In this document: in pieces, positions 39,135 through 48,678 of the stretch | How the letters are laid out: each line of letters begins with the position of its first letter | Numbering within the stretch: the stretch's first letter is position 1 | The notes under the pieces: model-generated | Database searches by the model: none | What the model was told of the DNA's origin: nothing | What the model saw: the letters and a program-made list of their open reading frames with translations, nothing else | DNA from: Candidatus Heimdallarchaeota archaeon | GTDB lineage: Archaea; Asgardarchaeota; Heimdallarchaeia; Hodarchaeales; Hodarchaeaceae | Direction of reading: 5' to 3' | NCBI GenBank assembly: GCA_011364965.1 | Contig: RDOB01000010.1 | Span: 1-59,656 of the forward strand | DNA: 59,656 nt | Position numbers and translations under genes: made by a program

Positions 39135-40343
39135 TTAATACACCCCAAATAAGGAAGGATTTGAAATAAATAGAATTACAACGACAATAATGTTCAAAAC
39201 AGCAAGTGGAATGAGCCTCTTCCAACCAATGTTTAACAATTGGTCTACCCGAACTCTTGGTAATGCTCCTCGTACCCATATGAAGAGAAATATAAACAAC
39301 CATAGTTTTACTATGAAAATAATGTTCGGTAATAGAGGTAAATTATCAATCCATTCTCTCGGGATGAAAGGTAGGTAAGATCCAGCCCAGAATATTGAAA
39401 CACCAATAAAAGCTCCGATCAACAATATGAAATATTCTGTAGCCATTGACATCATGTATCGAAAACCTGTAAGCTCAGTACGCCATCCCATGACTAATTC
39501 AGCTTCAGCTTCAGGAATATCAAATGGAATTCTTTCAGTTTCAGCTGCTAGCGCAACCATAAATACAATAAATCCAATTGGCATCAATATAGCGAATGGA
39601 AGATGGAAAGGGGTTAATGTTTGCTGAGCTGCTATGTCAACTAATGAGAAGGAATTTGTTACTATGACCACAGCGCCAACAGAAAAGATTAAAGGAATCT
39701 CATATGATATCAATTGTGCTGCAGACCTAAATGCTCCAATTAATGAATATTTATTATTCGATGACCATCCAGTTATAAGAACTCCAACTGGATATAGGGA
39801 GAACAGTGCAAATATTAACAAAAATCCAACAGCGGGATCTGCTACTACAGCACTTCCCCCTAAGGGGAGTAAACCTCCTAAAATGAATGGGGGAGCAACA
39901 ACAAACGCGAAGTAACCAATGTTAAACGGAAACTTATCAGCTTTTTCAGGAACTATATCTTCCTTTGAAAAGAATTTCAAGAATTCAGCTATATTTTGTA
40001 ACAATCCAAACTTCCAAGTTCTGCCAAAGAAGTGTCCATAATTAAAATCGATAAATGTCGGTCCACGTCTAGCCATCATTCGTGCTACTAGCTTCCTCTC
40101 AAACCAAATCAACATTATAGTATTCACTATGAGGAAAATGAGAATGGTAGTCATTTCTAATGTATCTATAAGTGTAGAGCGAATAGAGGGTTGAAATTCG
40201 ACCTCAAAATGAAGGAACTGTTCAGGTTCTGCCAATCCAATAAGTCCTAGTACTCCACCAATTGTTTTAATAAGAGGAGTAAGAATCCCTGCCACTAATT
40301 GTAATAAAAAGTCAACCAGACCATCATATATTCCATAACCCAT
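39135..40343 (-). CDS. nuoH: Complex I subunit H
   Basis: ERKL..RM..R.GP, SNNKYS, RSAAQLISYE, RIPFDIPEAEAEL, PRVRVDQ; ATG at 40343 after AGGTGA. Confidence 0.95.
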   Translation of the reverse strand: MGYGIYDGLVDFLLQLVAGILTPLIKTIGGVLGLIGLAEPEQFLHFEVEFQPSIRSTLIDTLEMTTILIFLIVNTIMLIWFERKLVARMMARRGPTFIDFNYGHFFGRTWKFGLLQNIAEFLKFFSKEDIVPEKADKFPFNIGYFAFVVAPPFILGGLLPLGGSAVVADPAVGFLLIFALFSLYPVGVLITGWSSNNKYSLIGAFRSAAQLISYEIPLIFSVGAVVIVTNSFSLVDIAAQQTLTPFHLPFAILMPIGFIVFMVALAAETERIPFDIPEAEAELVMGWRTELTGFRYMMSMATEYFILLIGAFIGVSIFWAGSYLPFIPREWIDNLPLLPNIIFIVKLWLFIFLFIWVRGALPRVRVDQLLNIGWKRLIPLAVLNIIVVVILFISNPSLFGVY

Positions 40344-40352
40344 TGGTTTCAC

Positions 40353-41441
40353 CTACCTGTCAATTTCTCCCATGCATAAATCCATACTCGCGACTATTGG
40401 AGGAATATCAGCTACTTTGGCCCCTTTCAATAAATGAGCTGATGCATAGAGATTATTATAAGCAGGGGACCTTATCTTTATCCGATATGGGATTCTATCA
40501 TCATTTCCTACAATGTAATACCCTGCTTCACCTCGAGGATCCTCTGTTCTGAAATAGATTTCTCCTTTGGGTAATTTTCTTGGAGCCTTCTTACTGATCT
40601 CACCCTCTTTAGGTATTTGATCTAAAGCTTGACGAATAATCTGCGTTGATTGTTGCATTTCCTCCATTCGAATCTGGAAACGAGCATAACAATCTCCAGC
40701 TTTCTGTACTGGAATCTTGAAATCAAGTTCATCGTATACAAGATATGGTTCAATTTTACGAAGATCTCCTTGCACTCCAGAAGCTCGAAGAACTGGCCCC
40801 GTAGTTCCCAAATCAAATGCATTTGCTTTACTTAAAATTCCTACTTTTTTACTACGCATCATAAATACTTTGGAATCATCACACATATCTTTATACTCAT
40901 GAATTTTTTTATCTAAATAATATGTTAATCTACGCGCATCTTCTAAAAATCCTTTGGGAAAATCATGCTTTAATCCGCCTGGTCGGAAAAAATTGTACAT
41001 CATTCTCGACCCAGTTACGTGTTCTAGTATATCAAGAACATACTCTCTCTCACGATAAGGAATTACAAGCATAGTTAAAACTCCCAAATCCCCTGCATAT
41101 GCAGAAAGCCATGTGAAATGGGATGCAATCCTTTGAAGCTCCAAAAGAATAACACGCATATACTGGACCCGCTTACTTACCTCTAAATCTAATAATTTCT
41201 CAATTGCCATTATGTACGTTCCTTCCCAAGACATTGCGGACACATAACAAAGACGATCTGCTAAAGGTTGAAAAACATCATAAGGTCGAGATTCAGCCAT
41301 TTTTTCGATCATTCGGAAAATGTAACCAATCATTATTTCTGAATCAATTACCTTCTCTCCGGCTGTTCGAACCTTCAATGTCCATAAACCATGGTTAACT
41401 GGATGTTGTGGGCCCATATGAATATACATTTGTTCACTCAT
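40353..41441 (-). CDS. nuoD: Complex I subunit D (quinone-binding; no complete NiFe ligand set)
   Basis: GPQHPVNHG, DRLCY, ELQRIASH, EDPRGE, DLCMGEIDR; ATG at 41441 after AGGAG. Confidence 0.93.
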   Translation of the reverse strand: MSEQMYIHMGPQHPVNHGLWTLKVRTAGEKVIDSEIMIGYIFRMIEKMAESRPYDVFQPLADRLCYVSAMSWEGTYIMAIEKLLDLEVSKRVQYMRVILLELQRIASHFTWLSAYAGDLGVLTMLVIPYREREYVLDILEHVTGSRMMYNFFRPGGLKHDFPKGFLEDARRLTYYLDKKIHEYKDMCDDSKVFMMRSKKVGILSKANAFDLGTTGPVLRASGVQGDLRKIEPYLVYDELDFKIPVQKAGDCYARFQIRMEEMQQSTQIIRQALDQIPKEGEISKKAPRKLPKGEIYFRTEDPRGEAGYYIVGNDDRIPYRIKIRSPAYNNLYASAHLLKGAKVADIPPIVASMDLCMGEIDR

Positions 41442-41454
41442 TTCGTGAATTCTC

Positions 41455-41964
41455 CTATTTTTTGGTAGAGTTATATGAATAGGGTTTATCGGGTAATTTA
41501 TACGCTCTACGCATGGGATACAGTTCTGAGATATGCTTGTGATCCATTTCATCCCATTCTTCAGGGAGAAGTAGTCGTTTTAGATTAGGATGGTTTTCAA
41601 TCTTAATGCCAAATAAATCATAAATCTCCCTTTCATGCCAATCAGCTGAAGTATATAGATTAATTATGGAGGGAATGCTTGGATTATCTCTATCTTCTAA
41701 CTTAACGTGAACTTGGATTAATGTGGAGTCTCCATCCCATCGATCAAAGAAATAAATGACTTCAAAATGCGTTTCCCAATCTAATCCAGAAATTGCCTCA
41801 CAAGAAGGAAATACTAACTTATCACGAATGTACTGCACAATTTCAAGCAAATCGTGAGGGCTTACATGTACTTTAATTCGATTAGTACCATAAATTGATG
41901 ATTCGTGGAGTTTATTACCAAAGTGTTTCTTAATTTCTAATAAATGAAACTGAGCAGAAGTCAT
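41455..41964 (-). CDS. nuoC: Complex I subunit C
   Basis: ADWHEREIYDLFGI..ENHP.LKRLLLP. Confidence 0.95.
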   Translation of the reverse strand: MTSAQFHLLEIKKHFGNKLHESSIYGTNRIKVHVSPHDLLEIVQYIRDKLVFPSCEAISGLDWETHFEVIYFFDRWDGDSTLIQVHVKLEDRDNPSIPSIINLYTSADWHEREIYDLFGIKIENHPNLKRLLLPEEWDEMDHKHISELYPMRRAYKLPDKPYSYNSTKK

Positions 41965-42593
41965 TTTTTCTCCTCCTGAGGTAAGCTTTTCATCCGTATT
42001 CTATAATCGAATACTGGAGTCTCTCGGTTGTAAAATTCTCGCTCTTCAGACCGAAGAGGTTCAGGCACATAAATTTTATCGGCCTTGATTTTTTCCTGTA
42101 AACGATGAATTCCAGCCCACATCGCTTCAGGACGGGGAGGACACCCTGGAACATATATATCTACTGGAATCACTTGATCTGTTCCTTCAAGTATCGTAGG
42201 GGCTTGCCAAAATGGTCCACCACTGATCGCACACTCTCCTGTTGCAAAAACCCACTTAGGCGCAGGCATTTGATCATAGACATCTCTTAAGCGAGAAGCA
42301 AATTTTACGGATACAGGGCCATTAATCCAAAGGACATCACAATGTCGAGGGCTAGCACGAGCAAGAATTCCAATTCGTTCTGTATCGTATCTGGAGGCCA
42401 TTGTTGCTGCCATTTCTATCGCGCAGCATTTCATTCCTAAAAACACAGGATATATACTACATCTTTGAGCCCAATTTCTTAACCAATTGATCATTGTTGC
42501 AACAAAGTTCCTACTTGTTGCTAAAACCACATTGGGCATTGGTTCATAAATTTCTAGCTTGCCAAGAGCATTTAAATCTTCTAATGACGCCAT
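41961..42593 (-). CDS. nuoB: Complex I subunit B
   Basis: CCAIEM, SPRH, YDQMPAPKWV, GECA.SGG, DIYVPGCPPRPE. Confidence 0.95.
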   Translation of the reverse strand: MASLEDLNALGKLEIYEPMPNVVLATSRNFVATMINWLRNWAQRCSIYPVFLGMKCCAIEMAATMASRYDTERIGILARASPRHCDVLWINGPVSVKFASRLRDVYDQMPAPKWVFATGECAISGGPFWQAPTILEGTDQVIPVDIYVPGCPPRPEAMWAGIHRLQEKIKADKIYVPEPLRSEEREFYNRETPVFDYRIRMKSLPQEEKK

Positions 42594-42596
42594 TCT

Positions 42597-42965
42597 TCAC
42601 ACCCACGACATTGTTCCTTTTTTTATCCAGAAAAATAATCCAGTAAAGAGAAAACCAGCAAAGCCGCCCATCACAATCATCGTTGTATAAACTGGATCAA
42701 ATACTCGAAAAGCATAAGCCCAGAGTAAAAATAATATTGATAGAATGTCGAAAACTACGAAAACAATTGCAAATGTGAAGAATTGAACATTAAACTTGAC
42801 TTGAGCATCCCCGATCGGTTTTTCTCCACACTCATAAGTGGTCGAGGCACGTTTCAAGCGTGGGATATTTGGAGCCATTATATACTGAATAACTTTGATT
42901 GCGATTGGACTTGCTAACCCTGCGACTAGAAAGATCCCCAAATGAGTAATCTCAACATCATACAT
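42597..42965 (-). CDS. nuoA: Complex I subunit A
   Basis: YECGE, FVVFD, three TM segments. Confidence 0.93.
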   Translation of the reverse strand: MYDVEITHLGIFLVAGLASPIAIKVIQYIMAPNIPRLKRASTTYECGEKPIGDAQVKFNVQFFTFAIVFVVFDILSILFLLWAYAFRVFDPVYTTMIVMGGFAGFLFTGLFFWIKKGTMSWV

Positions 42966-43210
42966 ATTAATATCCCAACAAATAAGTTTAATGAAAGTAT
43001 CTGGTAAAATAGATCACTTACACATCATTTTACAATAATTAATATTAGACAACCCTCGCAAAAAAGGCTGATATTAATATTTTTTCTCATCAGCTTTAAC
43101 TAATATGTAGATAATGTAGTTATTTAGTAGTAACAATAGTGATTTGCTACTCAGTAAACATTGTATACGATATTATTTTTAATATGACTGATTATTTTTA
43201 GAATGATATT

Positions 43211-44662
43211 ATGGTAAAATCTCTATTTGTAATTCCCCCAACTGAAGAAGAAGAGGGAAATGCATCTACAAAATATCAATTAGGGTTTCTCAATTTTACC
43301 GCTCCTCCGTTAGGGCTTGCCTATATTGCTGCAGTTTTAGAAGAGCATGGTTTCTCTAAAATAAAAATATTGGATTGTCACGCGCTCAATTTTAGTGAAG
43401 ATGAATATAGAAGTTATATTAAACGATATCAACCAGACTTTTTAGGGATCCAATCGTTAACACCGAATTTTTTTGCTAGTTTGAGAGCAGCCAGAATTGC
43501 TAAAGAAGAAAAAGTACCAATTGTTGCTTTAGGAGGATATCATCCTACAGCTATGCCTGATGAATCGCTAGAACTTTCTAATGGAAACGTGGATATTGTA
43601 TTCAGGGGAGAAGCAGAATATTCGATATTAGAATTTTTGAATCTGTATGAAAAAGGAAAAAATTGGGAGAAAGTAAACGGAATATCATATAAAATTAATG
43701 GTGACATAATTCATAACCCAAATGCTCCGCTTATCAGAGATCTTGATAGTTTACCGCTTCCAGCTCGTCATCTTTTACCCATGGATAAGTACAAGATATT
43801 TGGTTCCGCATTCCCAGCAACCTCTATCATCACGAGTAGAGGATGCCCCTACGGGTGTGATTTTTGCAGTGTGTCAGCTTTTTATGGACAGAAGTGGCGC
43901 CCTAGGTCTCCAGAAAAGATAGCAGAGGAGATCCGATTTCTTAGGGAAGAGATGAATCTGAAAGCTACAGCATTTGTAGATGATCTCTTTTTTATCTCAA
44001 AAAAACGTGTAAAGCTACTATCACGTGAGCTATCGAAAATTAAAGATATTTATTGGGGTGCTACAACACGTGCAGATTCAGGAGACCTCGAATCACTGAA
44101 TTTAATGAGGCAAGCGGGCTGTCGACTAGTTTTTATAGGTGTGGAGTCTGGTAACCAACAAATACTCGATAATATTCATAAAGACACTACTATGATCCAA
44201 ATTGAGCATTATTTCGACAACATAAAAAAAGCTCGGATGGATTCACTTGCATCATTATCCTTTGGATTTCCAGGAGAAACAAAACAAACCATGGAGAGTA
44301 CTATTAATTGGGTGATCCATCGATTAAACCCTTCTTTGGCATTATTCACACTTGCAACCCCATATCCTGGAACTGATTTTTATCGCAAAATGATTGAGCA
44401 AAACAAAATTATAGAACACGATTATAGTAAATATAATCTATTCAATCCCATTATGGAATTATCTGGGATGTCAAGAGAAGAGATGAAAGACTTAACAAAA
44501 TCAGCGTACAAAAGATTCTATCTCAGACCAAGAAAGATTATTCAGAATACTGTTCGGGAACTTAGATATTCAATGGAAAGCTATGGGTTTCAACAATTTC
44601 TCTATAATGGACAAGTCTTTGCCAAAGGGATTATCAATTTAAGAATCTTAAGCTCGATGTAA
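43211..44662 (+). CDS. B12-binding (class B) radical SAM protein
   Basis: PPLGLAYIAA, GGYHPT, GEAE, TSRGCPYGCDFC, GVESG, TPYPGT. Confidence 0.92.
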   Translation: MVKSLFVIPPTEEEEGNASTKYQLGFLNFTAPPLGLAYIAAVLEEHGFSKIKILDCHALNFSEDEYRSYIKRYQPDFLGIQSLTPNFFASLRAARIAKEEKVPIVALGGYHPTAMPDESLELSNGNVDIVFRGEAEYSILEFLNLYEKGKNWEKVNGISYKINGDIIHNPNAPLIRDLDSLPLPARHLLPMDKYKIFGSAFPATSIITSRGCPYGCDFCSVSAFYGQKWRPRSPEKIAEEIRFLREEMNLKATAFVDDLFFISKKRVKLLSRELSKIKDIYWGATTRADSGDLESLNLMRQAGCRLVFIGVESGNQQILDNIHKDTTMIQIEHYFDNIKKARMDSLASLSFGFPGETKQTMESTINWVIHRLNPSLALFTLATPYPGTDFYRKMIEQNKIIEHDYSKYNLFNPIMELSGMSREEMKDLTKSAYKRFYLRPRKIIQNTVRELRYSMESYGFQQFLYNGQVFAKGIINLRILSSM

Positions 44663-44861
44663 GACTGATAATTTTTGCATAATAAACAAGAAATAACGAA
44701 ATAAAAACCCCCTATCTGTGCGTTATATAGCTTTAGTCAATGAGCAATAGTTAAATAGGTAAAGTACAATTATTACCCGATTCATCCTATTCTGATATCT
44801 TCATTTGCTAATTTCTGACAAAAAAAACAGAGTGGGTACAACTGAAGGTGTATGGGTACAA

Positions 44862-45449
44862 GTGAAGGAACTGGAAGAATATATTCTAAAAGCAAAAGCC
44901 CTAAAACAACAAAGAGAATATAAAAAAGCTATTGAATTATTGAACAAAGCTCATGAGATGGGAGTAAAAAATAACGCTGTTGAAGACCTAGTGGATGTGC
45001 ATAACCAATTAATTCTGCTTCATTATCAAAATAATGACCCAGAGAGGTTTCAGAAGTCGTTTAATTTTGCTCGAACTTTAGCTCTCAAAATTAATTATAA
45101 TAGGGGCCTAGTTGAGGCATATATGAATAAAGCATGGATCGAAACCGATAACCAGAACTTTATAGAAGCAATTACCCATGCTACCCAAGCTTTGTCTATC
45201 GATGAAATTTTAGAAAATGCAAATGCGTTCACAACTGCTTTGTACATTATATCGGAAGCTAACTACAAAGCAGGTGATTTTAAAATGGGAGAGAAGTACA
45301 AAAAGTTATACCAACAGAAGCTAATGGAATTAACAACTACAGAAGAAGAGATGCTGCGAAGTATTCAAGGTCTTGGCGAGGGAATAACAAAAGAAGAAGA
45401 CCTTGACGCACGAGTTCGACAAGCCTTAGAGGAATTGGATTCCTTCTAA
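44862..45449 (+). CDS. TPR/alpha-solenoid protein (similar to an Rpn6 segment)
   Basis: About 40-aa helical repeats; GTG at 44862 preferred over 44805. Confidence 0.65.
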   Translation: MKELEEYILKAKALKQQREYKKAIELLNKAHEMGVKNNAVEDLVDVHNQLILLHYQNNDPERFQKSFNFARTLALKINYNRGLVEAYMNKAWIETDNQNFIEAITHATQALSIDEILENANAFTTALYIISEANYKAGDFKMGEKYKKLYQQKLMELTTTEEEMLRSIQGLGEGITKEEDLDARVRQALEELDSF

Positions 45450-45563
45450 GTTCCACGCTTTCTTCTATTAACCGTTTGATAATCAAAATACATTAATCCT
45501 GTACAAATTACTCTATTATCAATTGTAAATTGTATGAATCCCCTCTCTTTTCAGGTTTTTTAA

Positions 45564-46739
45564 ATGATAATGACTTCTCAGATCTTTCCTCAATCAGAAA
45601 TCAAACAACGTCTTCAGGAACTACAATCAAATCTTCAATCAAGACAAATTGATGGCGCCCTCCTATTGTCTACCCCAGAATTGTATTATTATTCAGGCTT
45701 TGGAACAGATGGAATTCTCTATATCCCAGCAGAGGGTAATCCTACTCATTTCATTAAAAGGAACCTAAATTTGGGAAAAGAAATCTCTATGATTGAAGAT
45801 ATTCGACTCCTTGTTAAATTTTCAGATTTATTCGATATTCTGGAGGATTTTAAAACTTCAAAGCTAGCCATTGAAGCAGATATCCTTCCTTTTTCCCTAG
45901 TGAATCGAATTGTTTTAAAGAATTATGAAATAATTGATGGAAGCCAATTATTCCGTGAGATTAGATCAAAGAAAAGCGAATTTGAAATTAAGCTATTAGA
46001 AACTGCAGCAAAGCTAGTTGATGACTCCTTTGAATATTGTTGTGAGATTGCTAAACCTGAGACTAGAGAAATTGAACTTGCAGCAAACTTGGATAGTTGG
46101 TTATTGAAAAATGGACACAATGGATTTATAACAACTAGATCTTTTAATTCAGCGTTGTTAAATTATTCCTATGTTATCTCTAGCTATTCATCAGTTCTTA
46201 ATATCCGTTTTACTCCAATTTCTGGTTATGGCTTATCAACAAAATACCCCTATGGTCCATCATCTCAAAAATTAGGAACTAGACCTTTTTTTGTAGATAC
46301 CTGTGGTAACTATCAAGGGTACATTTCTGATACAACACGGAGTTTTATTTGCGGAAAATTTGATGAGATCACAATGAATCAAATACATTCTCTTCAAGAA
46401 ATCAAAAAATTCATAGTAAAGAACTTAAAACCTGGAAAAAACGCAGGAGAACTATATATAGAAGTATTTAAACTAGCAGAGGAATTAGAAATACTTGATC
46501 AGTTTATGGGATCGAGAAATGACCATTCAGTTTTTCTTGGACATGGAGTAGGCCTTGAATTAGATGAACTCCCTGTTATTTATGCGAAGGGTCCAATTCT
46601 CGAGAAAGGGAATGTAATTGCATGTGAACCCAAATTCTACGTTGAAAATCAGAAAGTATTAGGGATAGAAGACACCATAGCAATTAAAGAAACCCAAGCA
46701 GATATATTATCAAAAGCACCTGATTTTTTCGAGATCTAA
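45564..46739 (+). CDS. M24 Xaa-Pro peptidase family protein
   Basis: Creatinase-like N-domain; D..G...GYISD, HGVGL, EP, IED metal ligands. Confidence 0.9.
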   Translation: MIMTSQIFPQSEIKQRLQELQSNLQSRQIDGALLLSTPELYYYSGFGTDGILYIPAEGNPTHFIKRNLNLGKEISMIEDIRLLVKFSDLFDILEDFKTSKLAIEADILPFSLVNRIVLKNYEIIDGSQLFREIRSKKSEFEIKLLETAAKLVDDSFEYCCEIAKPETREIELAANLDSWLLKNGHNGFITTRSFNSALLNYSYVISSYSSVLNIRFTPISGYGLSTKYPYGPSSQKLGTRPFFVDTCGNYQGYISDTTRSFICGKFDEITMNQIHSLQEIKKFIVKNLKPGKNAGELYIEVFKLAEELEILDQFMGSRNDHSVFLGHGVGLELDELPVIYAKGPILEKGNVIACEPKFYVENQKVLGIEDTIAIKETQADILSKAPDFFEI

Positions 46740-46752
46740 GATGTGAAAAATA

Positions 46753-48030
46753 ATGGGTACATCCTCCTCTTCTCTAAAATCAATTTTTTTAGATTTATAT
46801 ATAAAACCTGTTCTATTATCCATAGCTTTCTACCAGATAATTGCTACAGGTACCTTTACAGCTCAGCAGATTCTTCTAGCAGCCTATTTAGATGAATTAG
46901 GTTATTTAGAGAATTATAGCATATTAAGTGGGTTGATCTTATCGATCTTCTTTGTTTTCTGGTTTTTTTTAGGTCCGCTTTGTGGTACTCTAAGTGACAA
47001 ACATGGAAGAAAATCACTCTTAATGAGCTCAAATCTAATTTCTGCCATAAGTTTTACTGGATTTGTTCTCTCCCCTCACCCCCTAACTCTCTTTTTTATG
47101 AATGCTTTACTTGGGATCGGAGTTTCACTTCGAATAGGTTCTATAGTAGCAATATGGGTACAAAAAACTCCAAAAGAAAGAATAGGAGAATCAATGGCTT
47201 ATATCAATATAATTATTGGGATTGGAGGAATTGGAGCAACACTAGCAGCGTTTTATCTTTGGGCTTCTATTAAAGAATTATCTTTTATGGTATTTGCAGT
47301 ACTTTTAGTAATATCAGTGCTTCCTGTAATATTCATTAAAGATGATGGTGAATATTCTCCCTTTACTTTATCTGAAACATTTAATTCGATTAAAAATGGA
47401 ATTCAGAATATAATCAACGATAATTTCTTTTTTTCTAAATCCATAATTCAAATATCAATTCATTGGATTGCCTTTTCTGTCATAATATCATTTGGAACTT
47501 TCCTTATACCGATTCTAGAACGAATAATAGAGGAAATTCCAGACTCCATTATAATTCCGCCATTTAATGGAATTTTCTTGGTAATCGGAGTCTCATTAGC
47601 TATTTTAGGAGGTTTAATTACTTGGGGACGGATCTCTGATAGTTGGGGTATTAAACCTGTATTGATTATTGGCTTTTTAGGAACTGGAGCATTAGTTATT
47701 GTTCTATTTCTAGTCTTTGAGTTGAATTTTGTGAGTTTATTGATTGAAGGATTTGCTAAAAATGATTTAATATGTTGGATAATTACTATATTAATACTTA
47801 TCTCTCTTTTTGCTGCAATATCAATAACCTCAACTCCAATGAGTTGGATCATACATTTAGTTGGAAATGACAACGTTGCGAAAGCTATGTCTTTGCGAAT
47901 GGCCTTCATTGGTCTGGGTACTATCATAGGTACGGCAATCGGAGGATTCATACTTGTTAACTCGGGCTTTAATGGCCTACTATTTGTCATTTTACTGTTT
48001 GTCTTGCTATCTAGCATTATATTAATTTGA
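46753..48030 (+). CDS. MFS transporter
   Basis: GTLSDKHGRK and GRISDSWGIK motif A; about 12 TM segments. Confidence 0.9.
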   Translation: MGTSSSSLKSIFLDLYIKPVLLSIAFYQIIATGTFTAQQILLAAYLDELGYLENYSILSGLILSIFFVFWFFLGPLCGTLSDKHGRKSLLMSSNLISAISFTGFVLSPHPLTLFFMNALLGIGVSLRIGSIVAIWVQKTPKERIGESMAYINIIIGIGGIGATLAAFYLWASIKELSFMVFAVLLVISVLPVIFIKDDGEYSPFTLSETFNSIKNGIQNIINDNFFFSKSIIQISIHWIAFSVIISFGTFLIPILERIIEEIPDSIIIPPFNGIFLVIGVSLAILGGLITWGRISDSWGIKPVLIIGFLGTGALVIVLFLVFELNFVSLLIEGFAKNDLICWIITILILISLFAAISITSTPMSWIIHLVGNDNVAKAMSLRMAFIGLGTIIGTAIGGFILVNSGFNGLLFVILLFVLLSSIILI

Positions 48031-48040
48031 AAAAAACCAA

Positions 48041-48661
48041 ATGAATCAAAATATATGGGATTTTTATATGAAATATAATGAAATTCTAGTGGAAGCTCTT
48101 GATGGAAAACCTCTGTATACCATTAACAAATATAAATTCATTCTAAATCCATTAACTGAACAGGTTCCAGCGACTTCCTCAAACCTATTAATGTCAGCCG
48201 CTGAAGCTTTTGTTAGACACATGAATATTACTGAATATGATAAATTATTAACAGAGGAAGATAAGGGAGGAATTTTGGTTGCTGCGGTGTCTTTACTTAC
48301 TAAACTTCCATTTGGTATGGCAAGATGGTATCCGAATACTCTGGCTAATCAAATAAGTTCTATCTTCACTTGTGAATATTTATCCCAGGGGGAGCTTTAT
48401 ATTTGTGGGATCGAATCAAAGGACCGTGTGTGTATAATTGACGACATTATTAGTACAGGTGGTACAATGATTGGCATGATTAAAGCTCTAAGAAAACTAG
48501 GGGCAATCATTCAAGATATTATAGTCTTAGGAGAAAAAGTAGAATACAACGGAGTAGAGAGGGTCTTTCAAGAAACTGGAATAAGAATTAAAACAATTTT
48601 TGAGATTTCAATAGCAGGAGAGGTATCTGAGGTATTGAATAAAGATATCCATTCAGAATAA
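48041..48661 (+). CDS. Purine phosphoribosyltransferase (archaeal Hpt/Apt-like)
   Basis: PRPP loop IIDDIISTGGT. Confidence 0.88.
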   Translation: MNQNIWDFYMKYNEILVEALDGKPLYTINKYKFILNPLTEQVPATSSNLLMSAAEAFVRHMNITEYDKLLTEEDKGGILVAAVSLLTKLPFGMARWYPNTLANQISSIFTCEYLSQGELYICGIESKDRVCIIDDIISTGGTMIGMIKALRKLGAIIQDIIVLGEKVEYNGVERVFQETGIRIKTIFEISIAGEVSEVLNKDIHSE

Positions 48662-48678
48662 CTTAACGTGGTATATCA

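Noticed and set aside
40353-42593. Group 4 [NiFe] hydrogenase interpretation of the nuoBCD genes
   Set aside because: Neither CxxC Ni-binding motif is complete (RLCYVS; DLCMGE), and the quinone-site residues are present.
45390-45449. ESCRT-III MIM1-like tail (EEDLDARVRQAL)
   Set aside because: Hydrophobic spacing departs from LxxRLxxL, and the motif is too short to support.
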